From Psilocybe cubensis (Eukaryota): DNA of 64,000 bases. Under the pieces are notes generated by a model, which searched no databases, was not told where the DNA came from, and saw only the letters and a list, made by a program, of their open reading frames with translations. Every line of letters starts with the position of its first letter. Positions within the stretch are counted from its first letter, which is position 1. The stretch lies in the NCBI GenBank assembly GCA_017499595.2, contig CM039008.1, positions 1-64,000 on the forward strand, in the 5' to 3' direction. This document shows positions 1 through 8,014 of this stretch, in pieces. The translations under genes were made by a program, and so were the position numbers.

Positions 1-246
1 TAAACCCTAAACCCTAAACCCTAAACCCTAAACCCTAAACCCTAAACCCTAAACCCTAAACCCTAAACCCTAAACCCTAAACCCTAAACCCTAAACCCTA
101 AACCCTAAACCCTAAACCCTAAACCCTAAACCCTAAACCCTAAACCCTAAACCCTAAACCCTAAACCCTAAACCCTAAACCCTAAACCCTAAACCCTAAA
201 CCCTAAACCCTAAACCTAAACCCTAAACCCTAAACCCTAAACCCTA
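1..246 (+). repeat. Terminal telomeric tract (TAAACCC)n = (TTTAGGG)n; left chromosome end
   Basis: About 35 near-perfect 7-mer repeats from base 1, C-rich strand on +. Confidence 0.97.
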
Positions 247-807
247 ACCTAACCCCAACCCTAAGCTAACTAAGTCTAACCTTAGTAGGAAGTAAGGTAG
301 GCGTGTGAACTTCCGAACGGCATGTGATTGTGAAGGGCCGGATCTAATTTAGTACATGGGAAAAGTTACTTAGTACTTCGGGAAAAGTTCCTTAGTACCG
401 TGGAAACATTTTTGATGGACCGGATCATGAACTGTCCAATTAAGATTCACAACAATCAATCATTCTATTGTTTGATTGTTAGGTAAGGACCCAGGTAAGC
501 TATTTATACTCTAGACATGTGAATATTCCCATGTCGCGGTTACTCGGAGCCACGTAACCAGAGTAATCTATATCCATGTGATTCACATCACAGTCAATAA
601 CCCACGATGTCAAAGAACAAAAGTGTTGGATCCACTTTTGACAGGTTACCATGTGCCACATCGACCCGTGACACTCTGTTCATCAGAGACCTGTCTAACT
701 TGACAATAAACATTGACAGATTTGTGATAGTCGGTAAGATACATGACAGCTGCGCAGCATCACTTCACGCGCTGTCATCGGATGTCTAGAACATTCCTTC
801 TAAGAAT

Positions 808-1801
808 AGCCACTGAAGAGTCTATAAAGACGAAAGGGCTGGTTGTTGGGATCCCCCAACAGCCCTCAAGTACTCGTCCTCTCCCAAACTCCTGCCGCTT
901 GTGCCTTCCCAACTCATCCGGGAGCCCTTTCGTCACTGATCTTGCCCTTGACTCGGGGACGTTTCATCGACATGTTGGCTGCCTCACGGCAAGCGGGGCC
1001 CTTTTTCTTTCACTCGCTCACGCCTTCTATGTTGGGTTACGGAGGTCATACAAACTCGTTTTAGTCTAGCTGCGGGGATATCCAGCTATGATGACTTTGT
1101 AATTCGAGGGCGCGCAGTTCTTCAATGGGTATGGACATCAGGTGAGAGTACACTGGGGGTTGTCAGGACCAGCTCTGCTGGATACGCTCCTGGCAAGTCG
1201 GTTGCAGCCGGCGACACTACCGAATTGCTGGGACGTCCTAAAGCTTGTGGGTACCGCCGACCGCTGGAAACAGCCTAGGCACCGGTGGCGACCGGGTATG
1301 GTAACAATCCCCAAGATTCAGCGAAAGCTGGAATGGATAATCAGCAGCGAATCCGTAACGGTCACGCCGACGGAAGCGTTCAACGACTAGGTGGTAGTGG
1401 GGTCTTCGGATCTTAAGATATAGTCTTGGGAGTGGGGAAACCCACATCTGGTATCTAAACCGCGCCTCGCTGCTTACGAGGACGGCCCGAAGTCCAGAAC
1501 CGCTTAAAACGCGGGTGACCCGGCCTCCCCTTAGTAAAGGGAGTTAACACAAGGATGGACAAATAGTTCGTCGCCGGAAATGAACCTGTGGCTGTAATGG
1601 CTGATGTGGCGCCCCTTGGTAAAGGGCTTAAAGGGTATTAGCCTGCCATGTCCAATGGCATGAGAGTGTCCCTTGGTAAAGGACTTAATAGGCAATAGCC
1701 TGCTCTTTTGTCATGAGCGGTATGTAGTGATCGTTTGCCTGTACGGTAGCGCCCATTGCTTGCACTGGTCCACGCCCGTAAAAAATCACGAGCCGCTGGC
1801 C
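808..1801 (+). ncRNA. Type I hammerhead ribozyme split by a group I intron (halves 808-866 and 1796-1801)
   Basis: AGCCA-CTGAAGA-GTCT ataa AGAC-GAAA-GGGCTG...CAGCCC-T | intron | C-TGGC; the joined halves equal the intact copy at 6154-6218. Confidence 0.9.
867..1795 (+). ncRNA. Group I intron, IC1-like, 929 nt, no homing endonuclease (copy A)
   Basis: Upstream exon ends in U866 and intron ends in G1795. P AATTGCTGGGA about 1223, Q AATCAGCAGC 1339-1348, R GTTCAACGACTA about 1378-1389, S AAGATATAGTC 1415-1425. P3 CACTACC 1215-1221/GGTAGTG 1393-1399, P7 GACTA/TAGTC, P5b GCTG-GAAA-CAGC, P9 GTGGG-GAAA-CCCAC, IGS GGGGTTGT 1156-1163. Confidence 0.92.
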
Positions 1802-1909
1802 TTCTTTCTATTTCAAACTCACAGTTTAAACTAGTCGCTCGCACCTCGCTTCGCTCGGTGCTCGCTCCCCCCCTAAACCCAACGACTTTGCTATCACCCA
1901 TCAGTTACC

Positions 1910-3068
1910 ATGTCATCCCAATACTCTGCTGCATTCTCTCGTGCCATGTCCCCTACCCTGGACGCACTCACCCAGGCCGTCGTCAACAACACTGTCTTCG
2001 GCGTCAACGATGAAGCAGGCCGCCATAACGCTCTTATCGACGAGCTGGCCACTGTGGTCATCAAAAAAATAGCTGAGTGCCGCTCCGTTGACCAAGTCAT
2101 AGACTGCGTCTTTTTTGACTATCGTGCTGCCCTCAGGGAGTTTCTCCTCAACCTCGCATCGTGGTGCGACAAGAGGGAAACAGTCAAGGCTAGCCTCGAG
2201 CGCCTTGAATCTGCCGTTAGCGCAGGCAACACGCCCAATCGCCTTAAGGTGAAGGCACCCGAGTTCCAACTTACGAAGGAATTCGCGGATGCCGGGTCAG
2301 CGGAGGCTCTTCGAGTCTCCACTACGTTCTCTTCCGCTCGTGATGCCTTCCAAAAGGCAATTAACGACGGCGCCGTTCAGGCGAAAAAGGACGAGCTGGC
2401 TTTTTGGGATGATAAATGCGCACTCAACTCTTGCTACGAAGCTGCTGCCCTCATCGTTAAGGCAACTTACGATGATCGCAAATCCAGCTACAAGCTCCCT
2501 GTTTTCTCTACAGACAACAAGGGAGTTCGACGTATAGCAGAGTGGGTAGTGTCTCCGCAAAAGAAAGCCGAATGCAGTGCGCTGCAAACTATACTGCCGG
2601 CGATCTTTTCTCATATCAAACAGATTGTCAACATGCGCCACCGCGCCTTGGCAATTAAGATTGAGAAAAAGCGGACGACTGCGGCAACAGCCGATGTCGA
2701 GATGGCCGATGCGACCAAACCAGGTCCATCGATTCAATCCCTTATTGATAAGGGCTTGAATGCACGTCTCAAAAAGCTCAACCTTGGATCTGTGGGCAAG
2801 AAGGCAAGTTTTCGTAACCCTTCACCCATAATTCTGGACACTAATTATTACTCTAATTACCCAGACTTTGTCTGGCCAGAATTCGTCCAAGGCTCCTCAA
2901 CCTCAGGCCAGGAAAGCTGGCCCTTCGAAACCCAAGTCGTCGTCGACGCCTTCGCAGAGGAAGCCTCAAACCAAGGCTTCCAACAAGGTCGACAACAAGA
3001 AGAAAGGGAAGGGGAGAGCTCCCGTCAAGAACAACGATCCAAAGGGAAAGGGAAAGGCAAGAGCCTAG
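1910..3068 (+). CDS. Predicted spliced ORF1 isoform (exons 1910-2803 + 2865-3068, about 365 aa) with a Lys-rich C-terminal tail
   Basis: Removing the GC-AG intron joins ...VGKK to TLSGQNSSKAPQ...KGKGKARA*; substitutions between copies are synonymous in this frame. Confidence 0.72.
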
Positions 3069-5443
3069 ACGCGCGGTCTACTGTAGCATCATTTACGTCG
3101 GTGAGACCCGCCTTCCCCAACTCTATTCCTGACGATATACTCACCATGACTAAAACAGACGCAGTTTCTTTTGTACACCTCAATACCCCGATTTCATTCT
3201 TATTGGCTGGCCAGTATAGATCTAGTGTACACTGTAGTCCTGGTGTTTCGGTCCCTGTTGATGTAGCAAATGATTTATCTCTTGGACTCAATTATATGTT
3301 TTTTACACTGCCTTCTAAAAATCTGATCATGCAAGCATGGAATGATTTTCAACGAAGAATAAGATGGCGTATCTATTTTTTGTTTAAAGAAGGCATGAAT
3401 AAACCTTTCGATCCAGACTATGGAGTAAGCTCTAAAAAGAAAGAGAAACCTCCAATGTTACCGCAATTTATGGAACTTGGCCTTTCAATGGGACGTCGGT
3501 ACGTTATTAAAACGATCGCAAGTATCCCGGAAGAAGCCCTTAAAGAGATGCGAAAGCACGCGTTCTCTCCTAAAAGGGACAAGATCCAAAAGTTTCTTTT
3601 CGATAACAACTATGTTATTACGATGACAGATAAGAATCTTGGCCTCGCGGTGTCTGAACGCGACTGGATATTAAGGAATGAGCTCAATCTTCTTGAAGAT
3701 GAACGCAACTACGAAGAGTTAGAATTCGAAGTTGCGCAAGAAGTTATGAAGAGCAAAATGATTCAGATGCAAACTCTCGCACGTACCGTCGAAGATGAAC
3801 ATCTGTTTCTATTTGAACTTGGGTTGTCTCGATTCTTTCTATCGAATGTACCGGAAGACGGATCATCGTTCAAGTATCCTCAATTTCATGGTATACCTAA
3901 AATCCACAAGAAACCTACTGGATTTAGGCCCATAATTCCGTGTCACTCTGTAGTATTTAATCCTGCAGCCAAGTTTGTATCAAAAGAGCTTAAGCCGATT
4001 ATTAAATCGACTCCTTCAATCATTCACGGAACGAAGGATCTCTTTACGAGATTAAGCCAATTGCGTATAGACCCCAAACGACAATGGTATTTTGTCACCG
4101 GGGATGTAGTTGCTTTCTATCCCAATATTCCGTTGGACTTGTGCATCGAAATCGTTTGTAATATGTACGAGGAATGGTTACTCAACGCTTCGGAAGAGAA
4201 CACTGCATTAGCCCATATTAATCCAAATTCGTTAGAGAATAACTTGGTTAAATTGGGCATCTTTAAACGTGCTATCGAGATTGGCAATACGCAATTGATA
4301 ACACAACATGGGTCTAGATATTTTAGACAAAAAAATGGCCTCGCAATGGGCGTCGCGGATTCTCCGGACCTTGCTAACCTCTTTGGAGCCCATTTTGAAA
4401 TAAAGTCAAAAATCTTAGACCACCCAAACGTGGCCTTCTATGGAAGGTACATCGACGATTGTTTCGCAATTGTTTACGCCGAGTCCGAAGCACTTGCACT
4501 TAATCTTATTAAAGAAACAATAAAGTTCGATGGTTGTGTTATCGAATGGGCTGTTTCCTCGTCGGGATGTCAATTTCTCGATGCTTTCATATTCAAGGAG
4601 TCTGGAAAACTTCATTGGAAGCCATTTGTCAAGACAGGAAACAACCGAGAACGAGTTCCATGGGTATCACATCATCCTTTGGACGTCAAACGTGGCGTCT
4701 ACATTGGAGAGTTATCCAGGTTAGCCGTGCTATGTAGTACCAAGGAAATCTACATCGGAGCAATTAGAGACCTTAACGCTCTCTATTTGATGCGCGGTTA
4801 TCCCGAAAACCTAGTCATGTCTTGGTGTAAGAAGAATATACAAGAACGTTGGGAAAAGCGATTCGCTTTACGAGTCGCAGAGCACGACGAATCCATTCTT
4901 GTACTTAAAACCAGATTTGATCAGGTATGGAATTGGTTTTCAGCTGCTGAACTTGGAAAGACTGTTACCGAGTACTGGTCGGCATGGTATGAACATGCCG
5001 AGAAAGGTCTGTATAGTGCAGACTCGTCCAGACCCCTTATCAAACCAGATCCAAATTACGTTCACGACCTCGATGATGTTCGCCCGGAGCTGTTCACACA
5101 GATCCTCGTGGACGGAGAAACTGAGTTCGTACCGGATTTGAGGAAGATAGGACTACTCGGAAGTCGTTGGATAGTATCGCGAAAGCGCAATACTAATCTT
5201 TTCGACCTTGCAAATGTGTGGAAGAAAACAGTTTTTCGTAAACTGGATGAAGACATTGCCGAAAAAGGTGGTGTTGTTCCCGAAACTCAAAACGTTAATG
5301 AAACTTATCATTCTGCTCTAGTTGAAGCTGCTGAACAGATAAGTATCGAAAGTGATAACGAGATAATACTTCATAGACGTTCAATCTCACAAGAGAGGGA
5401 ACATCCAGAATTCGGCAGAATATCCAAATCTTACAACCGATGA
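1910..5443 (+). CDS. Penelope-like reverse transcriptase polyprotein (1177 aa), no recognisable GIY-YIG endonuclease
   Basis: RT motifs GIPKIHK, FRPII, GDVVAFYPNI, QKNGLAMG, RYIDD, FLD; helical N-terminal region. Confidence 0.93.
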   Translation: MSSQYSAAFSRAMSPTLDALTQAVVNNTVFGVNDEAGRHNALIDELATVVIKKIAECRSVDQVIDCVFFDYRAALREFLLNLASWCDKRETVKASLERLESAVSAGNTPNRLKVKAPEFQLTKEFADAGSAEALRVSTTFSSARDAFQKAINDGAVQAKKDELAFWDDKCALNSCYEAAALIVKATYDDRKSSYKLPVFSTDNKGVRRIAEWVVSPQKKAECSALQTILPAIFSHIKQIVNMRHRALAIKIEKKRTTAATADVEMADATKPGPSIQSLIDKGLNARLKKLNLGSVGKKASFRNPSPIILDTNYYSNYPDFVWPEFVQGSSTSGQESWPFETQVVVDAFAEEASNQGFQQGRQQEEREGESSRQEQRSKGKGKGKSLDARSTVASFTSVRPAFPNSIPDDILTMTKTDAVSFVHLNTPISFLLAGQYRSSVHCSPGVSVPVDVANDLSLGLNYMFFTLPSKNLIMQAWNDFQRRIRWRIYFLFKEGMNKPFDPDYGVSSKKKEKPPMLPQFMELGLSMGRRYVIKTIASIPEEALKEMRKHAFSPKRDKIQKFLFDNNYVITMTDKNLGLAVSERDWILRNELNLLEDERNYEELEFEVAQEVMKSKMIQMQTLARTVEDEHLFLFELGLSRFFLSNVPEDGSSFKYPQFHGIPKIHKKPTGFRPIIPCHSVVFNPAAKFVSKELKPIIKSTPSIIHGTKDLFTRLSQLRIDPKRQWYFVTGDVVAFYPNIPLDLCIEIVCNMYEEWLLNASEENTALAHINPNSLENNLVKLGIFKRAIEIGNTQLITQHGSRYFRQKNGLAMGVADSPDLANLFGAHFEIKSKILDHPNVAFYGRYIDDCFAIVYAESEALALNLIKETIKFDGCVIEWAVSSSGCQFLDAFIFKESGKLHWKPFVKTGNNRERVPWVSHHPLDVKRGVYIGELSRLAVLCSTKEIYIGAIRDLNALYLMRGYPENLVMSWCKKNIQERWEKRFALRVAEHDESILVLKTRFDQVWNWFSAAELGKTVTEYWSAWYEHAEKGLYSADSSRPLIKPDPNYVHDLDDVRPELFTQILVDGETEFVPDLRKIGLLGSRWIVSRKRNTNLFDLANVWKKTVFRKLDEDIAEKGGVVPETQNVNETYHSALVEAAEQISIESDNEIILHRRSISQEREHPEFGRISKSYNR
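2804..2864 (+). other. Putative 61-nt GC-AG spliceosomal intron inside the RT ORF (also 8909-8969, 15111-15171, 20830-20890, 26797-26857)
   Basis: AAG|GCAAGT donor, CTAAT branch-like motifs, CCCAG| acceptor; typical fungal intron size. Confidence 0.72.
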
Positions 5444-5556
5444 AAAGAATACTAGCGCGTAAGGCGTAAAGCATTAGAAAAAAACCCTAACCGTAAGTAT
5501 TCCTTGCTATAAAGTAACAAACATCTACTTACAAGCAACACTTTGGATTAAATAGC

Positions 5557-5630
5557 TAAACCTAAACCCTAAACCCTAAACCCTAAACCCTAACCTAACC
5601 CCAACCCTAAGCTAACTAAGTCTAACCTTA
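5557..5630 (+). repeat. Element-internal telomere-like block (TAAACCC x4-5 grading into TAACCTAACCCCAACCCTAAGCTAAC)
   Basis: Same block between the 3' UTR and pLTR in every copy that spans this region. Confidence 0.85.
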
Positions 5631-6153
5631 GTAGGAAGTAAGGTAGGCGTGTGAACTTCCGAACGGCATGTGATTGTGAAGGGCCGGATCTAATTTAGTA
5701 CATGGGAAAAGTTACTTAGTACTTCGGGAAAAGTTCCTTAGTACCGTGGAAACATTTTTGATGGACCGGATCATGAACTGTCCAATTAAGATTCACAACA
5801 ATCAATCATTCTATTGTTTGATTGTTAGGTAAGGACCCAGGTAAGCTATTTATACTCTAGACATGTGAATATTCCCATGTCGCGGTTACTCGGAGCCACG
5901 TAACCAGAGTAATCTATATCCATGTGATTCACATCACAGTCAATAACCCACGATGTCAAAGAACAAAAGTGTTGGATCCACTTTTGACAGGTTACCATGT
6001 GCCACATCGACCCGTGACACTCTGTTCATCAGAGACCTGTCTAACTTGACAATAAACATTGACAGATTTGTGATAGTCGGTAAGATACATGACAGCTGCG
6101 CAGCATCACTTCACGCGCTGTCATCGGATGTCTAGAACATTCCTTCTAAGAAT

Positions 6154-6218
6154 AGCCACTGAAGAGTCTATAAAGACGAAAGGGCTGGTTGTTGGGATCC
6201 CCCAACAGCCCTCTGGCC
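6154..6218 (+). ncRNA. Intact type I hammerhead ribozyme (predicted cleavage after C6213)
   Basis: Stem I GCCA/TGGC, core CTGAAGA, stem II GTCT-ataa-AGAC, GAAA, stem III GGGCTG/CAGCCC, NUH = CUC. Confidence 0.92.
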
Positions 6219-6290
6219 TTCTTTCTATTTCAAACTCACAGTTTAAACTAGTCGCTCGCACCTCGCTTCGCTCGGTGCTCGCTCCCCCCC

Positions 6291-6353
6291 TAAACCCTAA
6301 ACCCTAAACCCTAAAACCTAAACCTAAACCCTAAACCCTAAACCCTAAACCCT
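6291..6353 (+). repeat. Telomeric repeats between copies A and B
   Basis: (TAAACCC)n with variants. Confidence 0.9.
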
Positions 6354-6974
6354 AACCTAACCCCAACCCTAAGCTAACTAAGTCTAACCTTAGTAGGAAG
6401 TAAGGTAGGCGTGTGAACTTCCGAACGGCATGTGATTGTGAAGGGCCGGATCTAATTTAGTACATGGGAAAAGTTACTTAGTACTTCGGGAAAAGTTCCT
6501 TAGTACCGTGGAAACATTTTTGATGGACCGGATCATGAACTGTCCAATTAAGATTCACAACAATCAATCATTCTATTGTTTGATTGTTAGGTAAGGACCC
6601 AGGTAAGTTATTTATACTCTAGACATGTGAATATTCCCATGTCGCGGTTACTCGGAGCCACGTAACCAGAGTAATCTATATCCATGTGATTCACATCACA
6701 GTCAATAACCCACGATGTCAAAGAACAAAAGTGTTGGATCCACTTTTGACAGGTTACCATGTGCCACATCGACCCGTGACACTCTGTTCATCAGAGACCT
6801 GTCTAACTTGACGATAAACATTGACAGATTTGTGATAGTCGGTAAGATACATGACAGCTGCGCAGCATCACTTCACGCGCTGTCATCGGATGTCTAGAAC
6901 ATTCCTTCTAAGAATAGCCACTGAAGAGTCTATAAAGACGAAAGGGCTGGTTGTTGGGATCCCCCAACAGCCCT

Positions 6975-7903
6975 CAAGTACTCGTCCTCTCCCAAACTCC
7001 TGCCGCTTGTGCCTTCCCAACTCATCCGGGAGCCCTTTCGTCACTGATCTTGCCCTTGACTCGGGGACGTTTCATCGACATGTTGGCTGCCTCACGGCAA
7101 GCGGGGCCCTTTTTCTTTCACTCGCTCACGCCTTCTATGTTGGGTTACGGAGGTCATACAAACTCGTTTTAGTCTAGCTGCGGGGTTATCCAGCTATGAT
7201 GACTTTGTAATTCGAGGGCGCGCAGTTCTTCAATGGGTATGGACATCAGGTGAGAGTACACTGGGGGTTGTCAGGACCAGCTCTGCTGGATACGCTCCTG
7301 GCAAGTCGGTTGCAGCCGGCGACACTACCGAATTGCTGGGACGTCCTAAAGCTTGTGGGTACCGCCGACCGCTGGAAACAGCCTAGGCACCGGTGGCGAC
7401 CGGGTATGGTAACAATCCCCAAGATTCAGCGAAAGCTGGAATGGATAATCAGCAGCGAATCCGTAACGGTCACGCCGACGGAAGCGTTCAACGACTAGGT
7501 GGTAGTGGGGTCTTCGGATCTTAAGATATAGTCTTGGGAGTGGGGAAACCCACATCTGGTATCTAAACCGCGCCTCGCTGCTTACGAGGACGGCCCGAAG
7601 TCCAGAACCGCTTAAAACGCGGGTGACCCGGCCTCCCCTTAGTAAAGGGAGTTAACACAAGGATGGACAAATAGTTCGTCGCCGGAAATGAACCTGTGGC
7701 TGTAATGGCTGATGTGGCGCCCCTTGGTAAAGGGCTTAAAGGGTATTAGCCTGCCATATCCAATGGCATGAGAGTGTCCCTTGGTAAAGGACTTAATAGG
7801 CAATAGCCTGCTCTTTTGTCATGAGCGGTATGTAGTGATCGTTTGCCTGTACGGTAGCGCCCATTGCTTGCACTGGTCCACGCCCGTAAAAAATCACGAG
7901 CCG
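6975..7903 (+). ncRNA. Group I intron in hammerhead (copy B)
   Basis: 929 nt, same U/G boundaries and core as 867-1795. Confidence 0.92.
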
Positions 7904-8014
7904 CTGGCTACTTTCCATTTAACTCCCAGTTTAAACTAGTCGCTCGCACCTCGCTTCGCTCGGTGCTCGCTCCCCCCCTAAACCCAACGACTTTGCTATT
8001 ATCCATCAGCCACT

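Larger units (their letters stand above)
247..6290 (+). mobile_element. Telomeric endonuclease-less Penelope-like retroelement (Coprina-like), copy A: 5' pLTR with group I intron, ORF, 3' UTR, internal telomere-like block, intron-less 3' pLTR
   Basis: RT ORF flanked by direct repeats (247-1873 vs about 5593-6290), bounded by TAAACCC tracts, 5' end toward the telomere. Confidence 0.92.

Noticed and set aside
607-789. Recurrent 60-65 aa ORF MSKNKSVG... in every pLTR
   Set aside because: Recurs only because the repeat does; stop position varies with a 1-nt indel and it is disrupted in copy D; no recognisable motif
743-1447. Small ORFs in the group I intron as a homing endonuclease
   Set aside because: Short, overlap the catalytic core, lack His-Cys/LAGLIDADG/GIY-YIG motifs, and 743-1069 is not kept in copy C
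1910-5443. Telomerase TERT
   Set aside because: Multi-copy, 5'-truncated and repeat-flanked, without visible TERT T/CP motifs; fits a PLE RT
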